The position numbers and the translations under genes are program-made. A DNA stretch of 62,186 nucleotides, counting the filler, from Platydemus manokwari (taxonomy: Eukaryota), in assembly GCA_037951405.1 (NCBI GenBank). It is 6 parts of 6 records of this genome, joined end to end, with 100 filler letters (N's around TTAATTAATTAA, not from the genome) between each part and the next. Parts side by side here need not be neighbours in the genome. Positions count along the whole stretch, not along the records: positions 41,395 to 52,368 come from JBBMOY011007747.1; positions 52,469 to 62,186 come from JBBMOY011213656.1; 4 more parts are not named here. One strand, 5' to 3'. Below, one piece after another: positions 41,395-53,160 of the stretch; positions within the stretch are counted from its first letter, which is position 1, and every line of letters begins with the position of its first letter. Under the pieces are notes generated by a model, which ran no database searches, was not told the DNA's origin, and was given only the letters and a program-made list of their open reading frames with translations.

Positions 41395-41568
41395 TTATTA
41401 ATATTTAAAACATTTTCTCAGCAGATTAGAATAAATTAATATTTAATTAAAATGGTGAATGAAATTATAAATGATATAACAGATATTATTGTTAATGAAA
41501 TCAGTTCAAATATAATTATATAATAATGAAAGTAAAAAATATTTATAAATGAGATATAATTTTATAAT
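41395..41568 (+). repeat. Direct duplicate of ~46660-46828 (upstream flank of the 46156-46374 peptide gene)
   Basis: TTATTAATATTTAAAACATTTTCTCAGCAGATTAGAATAAATT...GAGATATAATTTTATA is present at both places with few differences. Confidence 0.9.
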
Positions 41569-41605
41569 ATTCCATTGTTTCTTTGACAATTGTATCATTC
41601 AGTAT

Positions 41606-41704
41606 AAATATAACTACAATATTTAAAGTTGTAATCAGGATTCCAAGTTACAACATTGCTGACTTTGTGATTATGCACGTATAAGAGCGGTACAAGATGT
41701 TGTT
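41606..41704 (+). repeat. 99-bp repeat with an inverted copy at 52270-52368
   Basis: The reverse complement of 52270-52368 matches with two mismatches by my alignment. Confidence 0.92.
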
Positions 41705-44141
41705 AATATTCTTTCTTTCAGTCAATCTTCGTTAAAAACATCAAAAGCTATAAATCAGACAAATCTGGTTTCCTACAATCTGTACCCTAATGAAACCCGA
41801 ACCTCAATTCCATAGAAATTTAACCCATCAAAACAACAGTATCGAAGCGCAAATACTCGTTGAAGATAACCCAGAAGAGCAGAGAAAATACATATTAATC
41901 ATTCCCAAAAAGTAGTCCATTTTAAACTGGTACCTCCCGGTAGTTTTGGGGTTCTGATCCAACAATTAATTCGCACTGGAAGAAAACTTTATAGAACACT
42001 GTATACATTTTTATGCATGATAATGCGTAGGAATGTGCATTAATTTTTTTGTATCAATTTTTATTTAATCGGCCTGTTTTTTTATATTTTCCTTAAAATA
42101 AATAAAATAAATTCCTTAAAATAATAAATTAATTTATAAAATCGTAACAAGCAATAAGATATCGCGCATATTAACATCGACAAATAAATTGTCATGTGTT
42201 TTCGCGAATGAAAATTCTATTACAGAATAAAATAATCACTAGATTTAATTTATTCGAGATTTAATTTTAATTAAATTAAAATATTCCACAACCACAATTA
42301 TTCGAAGTTGTCATTACGTGTCAACCAGTTATCAAATACGGGAAAAGCTATTATTTTAGAATTCAATCAGCACGAAATAGAAATACGGGATTTTTAAATG
42401 TCCAGTATCTTACTGGAAGACCGCAAATTAAGATCCATTCTTGTAAAATGCTGATTCATATTATATACTGTATCGTTTTATTTCCTATTATCGAGTTTGT
42501 AGAAGAACTTAGTTACCGTTTCTTTATCCAGGAGTTATTAAGGTCTGTTATGGGTATATATTGATATATAGTGTAGTTTAAAATTCCATTTGTAATTTTT
42601 ATTTTATTGTTGTTAATCAGCTTTTGTATTGGTGTTAATTCTTAATAAATGTTTGTAGTAGTAAGTTTTAGTTGTTATTCATATTTCCATTGGCATTAAT
42701 GTAGATAATAGTTTTAAACAGGATTATAGTTTTTTAAACAACATTAATTTTTATACAACTTAAACTAATAATTAAGTTAATTAAAATATATGACTACTGC
42801 AACACCTATTGTCTTCACATCAACATAAGGTAGATCATACCTCTTGCCTTAATCAAAAGCTCATAGAGACTGATTAAAACAATAGTGATATCAAATAACA
42901 TTAAGCTTAACAAAACAATAAAATCAATAAAACACAAACGTAACATAATAATTAAATATTAAAAACGTTCACAGTGAATACAATTAGTCAAACGAAAGAG
43001 TTTAAAATCAAATAAATGAACATCTAAAAACATAAAGTGTTAGATATTGATTAATAATGAAATCTGAAAATTATAATTTAAACTACAAGAATAACAAGTT
43101 CGTCTGGTCAATAGATGCAATTTTAATTAAATCAGCACCGTATAGCCGAATACCTAACAGATGATAATCAAAAGAACCGGCTGTCTGAAAATCACTTAAA
43201 ATTCAAAGCACCGAATGAAGGTTACCGAATAAAAAGACTAGTAGTGCTCATGAAATCCCATATCTATGATAGATGTACTGTGTGTGTGATTTGAAATCTC
43301 AGAGCTTTAAAATATGGATTATCGCAATCTGAATGGCTTTTATTACTTGCGTATATTGAATTTCTGCGTATCAACCTTATATTTGGTTATCTCCATAGTT
43401 CCCAAGTAGATTTAGTTGTTTCTATAACCTACACAATACAAGGAATTAAACATAACTAAACTCTATGATGGGATAGTTTCATTATTATCAACTTTAAAGT
43501 TTATTTTTAAAAGCTGATGACAATTTTTCACTATTTTAATTATTCACAAAAATTGGTAAAATTAAAAAAAAATTTAAATAAGAATGGATGAAAGTTTTAT
43601 CATATCCCTGATACCATAATTTCCAAATAATTTTTCAACTTCAAGGTGTTTGTTTTCATAAAACGGTTGATAAGATTCCATCAGTGAAGAACAACTCATG
43701 TTTAACCATTGCTATAATATTGAAAACTTAAAAGTGAGTGGGGCATAATTTTAACTTTTCATTTCTTTTATCAAAGGTTCAGCTAGTTAATTATCGACTT
43801 AGAATCATTTATATCATGTATAAATGGAATTCGAATTGTAAAAAATACCGATAACCATTTTAGTTTTTAATTCACAAGTAAACAACAATACATGTTCAAC
43901 AATTTTTGTTTGCGGAATTCAAACCATACAACAATGCTTTATTGGTGCAAAATATCGATCAATAAATTGAGATAAATTATATAAATGAATAACACAATAC
44001 ATAACTGACAAATGATCACGATTTAAAACTTGATTTGAATATAAAAATTTCACTTAGATGAGCAATAATAAAATAATCGGTAATACATTAAAACCATTCA
44101 AATAAATATTTAATGAGCATTTAAGCTTCTGATTAAAGTAT

Positions 44142-44528
44142 TTAAAACACGATTGACTCGTCTTCATCATCACTCACCGAGGCCTCGTCATCATCATCAT
44201 TATCAAAATAATCATCCTTATTTCGATCTTTTTCTTGTCTTTCTTTTTCATTCTCTTCATTATCAATATCTTCAATTTGATCTTCGTCTATTTCGGTTTC
44301 TTCATAAACATCGTCTTCTATTTCTTCTTCATATTCTTCATCTTCTTCATGTTCTTCATGTTCTTCATTTTCTTCATCACTATTGTTATCTACATCGATT
44401 TTCTTGTCATTATTTTTAATATGATTCGATTTAGAATCTGAATTTTTACTTGTATCATCTGCTAATTCTAACTCGAACTCATTGATTATTAAAACACCAA
44501 TAATTAACAATATCGATAACATTTTCAT
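44142..44528 (-). CDS. Intronless secreted, extremely Asp/Glu-rich protein (128 aa), unknown family
   Basis: Kozak-like ACCATG, upstream ATATAAAA, N-terminal hydrophobic signal peptide MKMLSILLIIGVLIINEFELELA; about half of the mature residues are D/E. Confidence 0.75.
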   Translation of the reverse strand: MKMLSILLIIGVLIINEFELELADDTSKNSDSKSNHIKNNDKKIDVDNNSDEENEEHEEHEEDEEYEEEIEDDVYEETEIDEDQIEDIDNEENEKERQEKDRNKDDYFDNDDDDEASVSDDEDESIVF

Positions 44529-46155
44529 GGTGATTTAATATGGATTTCTGTGTATTAGTTGGCGAATTTTATATTGACAAGAATGAGCTCTCTTCTAACC
44601 ATTTAGAAACTTAAATAAATGTCTTGCAAAGCCATTGATATAACAATTTCAAAATAAGTGATTTTTGTTATGTCAATCTCTCACTAAGACGCCATTTAAT
44701 CAATCAAATTTTCTATCAGGAAAAGATTATTTAATCATTTCTAAACGGTAATAATGAGTAACGTCAATGAAATATTTCATATGGATCATGATATTTGCAC
44801 CTATTTGATTAACATGATAAAGCTATTTTTGAGTACGTCGCTTTCAGGAAACTAAATCACTACCAATTCAAGTCAGTGGTCGATATTTTCAATGTAAAAT
44901 TTGATTGGAGCAAGTCGTAAAATAATTTTATGGTTTTAATCAATATTCAAAGATTTCACCAAAATAATTAATTAAAATTTGAAAACTAAACGATTAATAC
45001 AGAGATAACAAATATTAATTTATAGAAAATTATTTATATATTATGAGATTAATTATAAAAAATATAAGATTCGGGCTTTGCATAAAATGAGATCAAATAT
45101 TAAAATTTAGAACACGGAAATGTGTTGTATTTATTTATTTTATCACGAAAGATATTGAAGATGGCATGTTTCGTTAATTTTTATAATTTACAGGCCATAT
45201 TAACAAAAAATAGATTCAAAAATTATTACAAAATTTAGCCAAGTCCTGCTCGACAGCACTGATAACTTCTTACCAAATAAAAATTAAAATATTTTTATCA
45301 AAATTAGTTCTATACAATTAAATTTAAGATTTTGTGAGAAAATCGTTAAAATTTCCGAATCGATTTCAAATTATTCTATCAGTTAAGACTGCCCATGAAA
45401 GAAATGATGAGCTGGAATTTATCAAATTGCTACATTTTATTAACTTAGTCTTTTGGTTTGAAAATAATAAATTTGAAATGAATGAATATCATTATTAAGA
45501 AATGAAAGAGATTGATTGGAGCTCGAAAATAATGTTTATGAAAAATGTGTTTTCAAAATCAGTCATAAATTCAGGATTTGAGCAAAACGACAGAAACAGA
45601 AGGTGCATTAGATAAAGAGAAGGAAGTATTCTGATTATAGATATTTAATTGAAATGACCTTCACAACTAATTGGAATCATTAAACAAAATGTTGGATATG
45701 AACCAAAAGATTACTTTCTGGTATTCCTAAATGATTATCTTTTTCAAATTTCTTCTGTATTGATTTGAAAATAATCAGTTATTGTTATTGTTTATGTAAT
45801 TTTATTCTACCTATTCGTGATATCGAGTACTGATTATTGACATTATAAATAATTCCAAACCAATTGCTATAATTATTGGTTTTTTATGGATTTTTAACTG
45901 AAAAGTGAATAAGTTTGAATAAAAATATAAAATTACTGATATATTAAAATACATTTTTAATATTTCCTTTCATTTTCATTTTACATTGTTAATATCAACA
46001 ATTTCAATAACTGCATCAGGACTTTTATCTTTCAATGAAATTAAATAAGAGAGTGATTTCAATTGATTCATATCCTTATATTATCAAATATTATTAATAA
46101 TAAAAATATCATAAGACATTTGTAAGATATAATTTTATTTAATTATATTATATTT

Positions 46156-46374
46156 TCAAATAACATAATTTGTTTCAGATCCTCCTTTGGCATCTTTTTT
46201 ATTTTTCCCTTTCTTTTTTTCTTTATCTTTTTTAGATTTTCCGTGATTCTCATTTCTTCCATGATGTTCAACATCTTCACCGGGGACGTCTTTATCTGAT
46301 ATCTCACAGTTTGTCTCCAAGATATTCATCATCACAATACCAATGATAATGTAAAACAATATCAATTTCATCAT
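46156..46374 (-). CDS. Intronless secreted peptide (72 aa) with a Lys-rich block, unknown family
   Basis: ACAATG start context, upstream TATAAAAG (~46415-46422), signal peptide MMKLILFYIIIGIVMMNILETNC, block GKSKKDKEKKKGKNKKDAK (11 K in 19). Confidence 0.72.
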   Translation of the reverse strand: MMKLILFYIIIGIVMMNILETNCEISDKDVPGEDVEHHGRNENHGKSKKDKEKKKGKNKKDAKGGSETNYVI

Positions 46375-46834
46375 TGTTGTTTTAATTGATTGATTTTGTT
46401 GAAATATCTTTCTCTTTTATAATCGAATGTAAAGCTGTTGAAAGTTATTATAAAATCTAATCTTCATCTGTCAACAATTGAAAGATTTGTAAAGATCCAG
46501 ATGTTTGTTAACGAAGAAATGATCGAAATGGAAATGAATGAGATTAAGTTGTGAATGAAAATGTTAAATTATTGATGTCCTGTAAAACAGATCATTTATT
46601 TCCTAATGGAGATTTTAACAATCAAGATTGAACTCGAATTCGAAATTTTCTCGTCATTATTATTAATATTTAAAACATTTTCTCAGCAGATTAGAATAAA
46701 TTAATATTTAATTAAAATGGTGAATGAAATTATAAACGATATAACAGATATTATTATCAACGAAAACAGTCCAAATATAATTATATAATAATGAAAGTAA
46801 AAAAAATTTATGAGATATAATTTTATATAAAAAA

Positions 46835-47082
46835 AATAAAATTACTGATAAATGAAAATACATTTTTAATATTTTTTTTCTTTTTCAATTTACATTGTTA
46901 ATATTTACAATTTCAATAACTGCATCAGGACTTTTATCTTTCAATAAGAGAGTATTCTCAATTTATTCATATTCTTATAATATCAAACATTAATAATAAT
47001 CTAATCCTAAAACATCTGTAAGATATAATTATATTTAATTATACTGTATTTTCAAACATAACTCGTTCAATATTCTCCTTCA
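46835..47082 (-). pseudogene. Tandem duplicate of the 3' end and downstream flank of the 46156-46374 gene
   Basis: Matches ~45926-46190 (e.g. CAATTTCAATAACTGCATCAGGACTTTTATCTTTCAAT). The coding remnant reads KGEY*TSYV* versus KGGSETNYVI*. Confidence 0.75.
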
Positions 47083-48612
47083 CTATACCCGTAAAAGGTT
47101 TTTTTTAAAATAAAATTTCTTAATTTCTATTTAATGATATGCATATTTAAAACTGATACACTTAACATCAACAACTAAATCTGATTTTTCGAAAGCTAAA
47201 AGAATAATGAGGATCATTCACGGATAACGTTTTTTCACAGAGAATCAACATGTTTAGTTATTAGTATTTTATTTGTGTTTCGTTTTTCTTATCAAAATCT
47301 GACTCATCTATGTCTATTTTCCATTTTTTACGTTTTTCAGTTAATTTTTAAACGAATTTTTATGTTAATAACTTTTAGATTTCTACAGAAGGAGGTATCC
47401 ATAGCTCCAAAGTGGCTCTTTGTTCATCTTAATTAGCTGCTGTGTCTCATTAAACGATTGTCTCACGAAACTGTTTTCATTATTGTACTAAATTATATTG
47501 TCTTATCAATAGATTCGATAAATGCATCTAATTGCTTCAAATAATTGCCATAGCAATTATTTATTATTCGAATTGAATTATTTAATTCATTATTGATTTA
47601 TACTTTATCTTTTTATATATTACTTGATTCGTAAATATTCAGATACCTTAAGAGTCAAGTGCCTAATTTAAATTATTTATATGATTTCGACAACTGAAAA
47701 ATTATCATATAACTTTCAAACTATTATTATCTAGCTTTTATCAAATCATTTTACATCCAACATATGTTAAAACAACGGGTCTTTGGTAATTTTCAATAAA
47801 CATCTTTGAATAAAAATAATGACAGCAAAAATAAACAAATAAAATCAATCAATATATAAAAAAACAAATAAATTAAGAAAAACCAAAATAATTATAATAA
47901 CCATATTTAATAATATAGCAGAATAACTAAATAAAATAATAATAATAAAGTGTTGAGTAAGTCATTTAAGTTTGATTTCAAGTCCAACAAAAATCTATGT
48001 GGATGGGATAAAATTAATGAAGTTTATTAGAAAATTAAAATAGAAACCAATGAGAAACATGTTATGTATGTAATGACAAAATACAATATCACTAAGACAG
48101 CAACATAGAAAAGCAACTGTAAATAAGCGGAATGTAAAACAATTATTAAAATTAAACTATTGTTGTCTTTTATATTTCCGTTGATTTGATTTTGTCTTTT
48201 TCCAATATTCGGTGAGTGGATATTTTGAGATCACCGATTTCACATACACCTCCTAAGTCAACAAAATATTTTTCTTATTTATAATGATTTTTCAACTTGT
48301 GTACTGTTGTACTTTGTTACAATAAATCATTATTAACGAATCTCTGACGTCACATTTTTCACTATTTTTGTTGAGATATATACTATGCTTGAAATTGCTC
48401 TAAATTAACAGCTCAATTCTACCATTGATTAATCGGACTCTTACTTGAAATACCGTGCTCACTGAATGAAAACAAAAAACAAATGAGATTTATTATACAT
48501 AAACATAACAGTTATCATGGAGTTATGGCACCAGTCTTCAAGTTGACTTTTAAATTGATTTGTTAAGATCGATGCATCTGATATTCTGATTTGAAATCTC
48601 TCCATTTGAAAT

Positions 48613-49690
48613 CTACTCATTGCTTTGCAAAATTTCCAAATAGTTCTGTGAGAAATTTGTTGTTTTGACTAACCAGTAATGGTTAGTTATTAATCTAACC
48701 CAACAGAAAATCTTCGGTTTCCTTTGATACGTATTAATCTTATAAGTCGTAAAATCATCTCTGAGCAATACCCTTATTAGAAAACTGTAGATAAACATGA
48801 CTTGCTTCTGATAGAGTAAAATATTCGATAGGGCTTTGTCGCTGTAAGGGTCCAAAGCTCCAAGTACACCGATTTTTGAATCTCGTTTTCCTGCAGATGG
48901 TTCTGTGTTTATCGTGATTGAATTTTCGATGACCCTGAACATTGTCACTCTTTTGAAAGAAATCTTGAGATCGGCAATGTGGCCTTGACGTTTATCTTTG
49001 TTTGTGATCATCAAATCAAGTTGCAGTCTACTCGCATATTTCGATGGTGTTGTATCGATGTTCGTGTCGAAGCCAGATAAGTACAAATGAATTCGTTAGT
49101 TATTTAGAATTATCACGTGATGTTTTTGAAGCTTGTCTTGGAACAGCCGGGAAGTGAGTAAAAATATGAACATCAGTTTTTTCATTGTGAACCAATGCAT
49201 GAAGAAGGACACGGACATAAAATCGTGAGAACAGTATGTATTATTCAGAAAGGCAGTGACTTTTAGTTGGATATTTAGGTAGCAAATCTTGGTCCAACAG
49301 ATTGTTTAATTTTAGTTTTGGCAGATGCAATGTTTTTTGATACTTGATTTTAGTCGGTACTTGATCAAGTCGGTTTGGTATTTTATCATGAATGACCTAA
49401 ATTGATGATCCGCTATTGTTAAAAATCTGAAGGCTCAAACAATACACTAGATAAAATATTACATTAGTGAATTTATTTTGGCTGATTCTTCAAAATTTGA
49501 GTGAAAAGAAGAGGAAATAATAGTTGATAGATTTCGAGCTTTAGTGCATTAAGGTGCAGAGTGTTTTAAAATTGTGAATTTTGTGCAGTCAGGACTTCTA
49601 AATGGGTTTGAAGTTTTTTATAATCAATTGAAGTATTTTTGTAACCGGTGTTTACTTTGGAAGCCCGAACGAAACTCCCAAGTATTTATT
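48613..49690 (-). mobile_element. Degraded non-LTR retrotransposon with a restriction-like endonuclease (R2/NeSL/R4-type)
   Basis: KYLGV (~49688), a decayed zinc-knuckle region (TDVHIFTH...KHHVII), then SRLQLDLMITNKDKRQGHIADLKISF (cf. LRPDLVI...IxDVKxPF) and IGVLGALDPYSDKAL (cf. VGALGxW), in the expected order. Confidence 0.7.
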
Positions 49691-52269
49691 GAGGTAAGTG
49701 ATGTCATTACAATTGATTGGATTTTTGGATAAGTCTTTCTAAATAAGATATATTTATATTTAAACAGATAATAATACTCATCGGGCACATGCCTTGTTTA
49801 ATGAAATTAGGACCAATGTATAAAACTTCCTCTGATTACCTTAGCTTAGAATCTATTCCCAGCTAAAATTACACTTCAACGCTAAAAATAACTAATTTGC
49901 TCATTACCAATACAATACAATTACACCACAATTCTCTATTCCAGTGCAACTGCACTTACTGCAGAATCTAGAAATCTAAAATGGGGTAACTTGACTTTTT
50001 GCAGTTTCATTAAAAAGACAAAAATAAATAGTTATCTAGCTTTTTGAAAACTTATTTTATGGTACATATTCCTTCTGTGTGCATTCTGTCTTTCAAACCT
50101 ATGGCGATTTAAACCTTCTATTTATACACAGTTACAGTTTAGTCTCTGTTATAGTTAAAAATTGTTATTTTCAACTCCAAATTAGTTATTAAGTTCATAC
50201 CATTAACTATATTTGTACTTTTTAATTAATTTAACCTTAAAAATTACTATTTCATTTTGTTCTAAATATCAATGTCATTTGGTGTGGTCAATTAATTTAA
50301 TTTTATGGATTTATCATTAATTTAATAATCATTATTATTTATTTTCTTATTACATTTTAATTTTTTTATACAATTATTAGAACCCTTTCACATTTATTTT
50401 AGTTATTTTCGAGCTCACCATATATCATTCTCGGCATCTACATTAGTTCAAAACCTACTCAACCCTATGCAATCGGAACCAAATATCCTCGCTTGAATAT
50501 ATTTAATAAACTATCAATGACATGCATATAAAACTATATAATAAATTAGCCCATAACAAAAAATTATAAATTACTTACATATCATATAAAACCATATTTT
50601 TCATAGAAAAACATTTAAAAAAACTCAGAAATGGTCATAAAAATTGATAAATATTTTCTGCCAAATTAATCATCCAATCAACTATCATGAAATTGATATT
50701 TAGTACATAGTTATTTATAATGTACTGTCGAATATGTTTGAGACGAGATCGAAACAAAACGGTGAAAAAATCCACAAAGAAAGTGTAATCAGTCTATGAA
50801 GCAGTAATTTAAGTGATCTAATCATTAAATTATTTCAATAATACTATTGATAGATTTTCTAAATTATTGATTAAAACTAATAATTGATAAGTATTAAATC
50901 AATATAATACAGGTACCCGATAAGAATATTAAAATCAATGATAACTTAAATCGAATGCGAAATACAAACAGAATATTGATTTCCAAAAATGATAGATTCG
51001 ATATCTGGATGATTTCGAGACAAAATTCGAGCTATTGTATTTCATAAAGAATTTTAAGTGTTCAGCTTTTGATCTGCTTTGATTGTCTTTCTCCTCTATT
51101 TGTCCACAATCATCTTATATAATTATTCATTTGTTACACAGCATCATGTACAAACATTTCATATCTCTGATTTACTAGATTCTGATATTCGTGTCAAACA
51201 ATCGATCATAAATCCAAATTATTTTATATTTTCAGTAGTCATTAAAAAAAGCATCAGCTGGTATTCACAAAGACTGCGAGTTTCGATTTAGAATTTATCT
51301 GAGAATGTCCTTTCCGTAATTATAATATTTCATAATTTTATTTATTATTTGATTATCTACTAAAAATTCTATTAATTAAAAAGATAATCAATACCGATCT
51401 CGTTTAATATCAATATTCAAATAATTATCTAATTTTACTAATATTAAATTTTTATTAGTGTTTCGCGTTTTTGTTTTATATTTCTTATTATTATGTTCAG
51501 CCCATTTTTATCATAAAGGGTGTCCCATATAAAATCATCACGCATTTTTTCCTTTTCCAATTTCTTGTATTCTATTTCAAACCAAATATTTCGTACAAGA
51601 GAAAGTTAGCAGAAAACACATAAACTCCAATAAATTATAAAATATTCAAAAATATATGAAACTGGTACTCATAATAAATATGAATATATTAACAAAATAT
51701 AATAATATTTATAAATTATAAATTAATCTTTAATTTTCAAATTTATCAAATCATCGATGACTTTTCATATATAATTACATTTGTCAATTTATGTTTCCGG
51801 TGCTTTGTAATGCTTTGCCAACCTCACTCATATGTGGTATTTGATAATATTTCACATTATCGGTACGGTTTGTACAAAGTCTGGTTCATTTACATCACTT
51901 GATAGATATGCAGCTATTATAATATAGGCCATCATAATGGAAAATAATTTATTGATGCATAAATAATCCAGCAGATAACATTTATACGTTTCTGAATTTA
52001 TTCGGGATTATTCTGGATGAAGAGCTTCATTTCATTGTAAATTTTCTTTGAAACCTATCTAAACTAATAAATAAAGAATGATAAGAAAATATTTCGCTAT
52101 CATGAAGTTCTTGACCATCATTTTCCAAAATAAAAAAGAAAATTTATTAATAATAATAAAAATAATAAAACCAAAAATATTAATTTTAATAATAATAAAA
52201 ATAATATCAATATAATTCATAGATAATCGTGGCTATCTAAATGCCATATATTATAAAACAAAGACAATC

Positions 52270-52368
52270 AACAACATCTTGTACCGCTCTTATACGTGCA
52301 TAATCACAAAGTCAGCAATGTTGTAAATTGGAATCCTGATTACAACTTTAAATATTTTAGTTATATTT
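52270..52368 (-). repeat. Inverted copy of 41606-41704 at contig end
   Basis: See 41606-41704. Confidence 0.92.
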
Positions 52369-52468
52369 NNNNNNNNNNNNNNNNNNNNNNNNNNNNNNNN
52401 NNNNNNNNNNNNTTAATTAATTAANNNNNNNNNNNNNNNNNNNNNNNNNNNNNNNNNNNNNNNNNNNN
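52369..52468. other. Artificial spacer N44-TTAATTAATTAA-N44
   Basis: Same 100-nt spacer. Confidence 0.97.
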
Positions 52469-52954
52469 TATATATTTCTAATAAACTCGTTGTTTTCATA
52501 GCATAGTTATACACAGCACCTTTGGAGTCAGGTGTTACGAAAACAATTACGAACACAATAATAAACGCATAAGTTGGGATAGAATAGACTAGCGTTAACC
52601 TCAGATATTAAAACTTATAAACCCCAACAGATGCTTATATTTTTTATTTTTCAAAATTAAATTGTTAATATTATTTTCGGGATTTATTTATTGATTAAAA
52701 TGATTTATTTTTTACGTATAAAAATTGGCACATGTGTTTATTATTATTTTCAAGTTTGATTGGAATTTTAAGATTTTTGTTTTCCACAAGTGTTCATTAC
52801 TATTTTATAAAATAAAGTTTTTTTTTCTAAAAATAAAGTGTTGTTTGATAATTGGTAATTAATAATTTTAGATTTTAGATCAGTTCATGTATGCATATTC
52901 AAATTTAGCTTGGAGCTTAGCTTATGTCTGCAAATTCTTGTGGAGTGTACCGCG

Positions 52955-53160
52955 AAAATCTACATAATTCATTTAATTAAGTACATTAAAATTATTTTGA
53001 ATTTTTATTTAAGTACTTCCCAAGAATTTTAGTTGTTTGAAATCAACTATTATATATACTAGAGCTTAAAAATCTATTAAAAATTGATTATTTAAAAAAC
53101 GGATCAAAATAAGTCAAATTTCAATTTATTGAAAATTAACGATTACACTTTTCAACATTA
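52955..53160 (+). repeat. Dispersed repeat with a diverged direct copy at ~57460-57655
   Basis: Shared blocks ATTAAAATTATTTTTGAATTT, TATTTAAGTAC, AAGAATTTT, AAAAACGGATCAAAATA and AATTTATTGAAAATTAAC occur in the same order. Confidence 0.7.

Noticed and set aside
44153-44441. His-rich and Phe/Ile-rich plus-strand ORFs
   Set aside because: Antisense shadows of the GAA/GAT-rich acidic protein gene.
51780-52060. Decayed coding-like minus-strand stretch
   Set aside because: Stops in all frames and no recognisable family.
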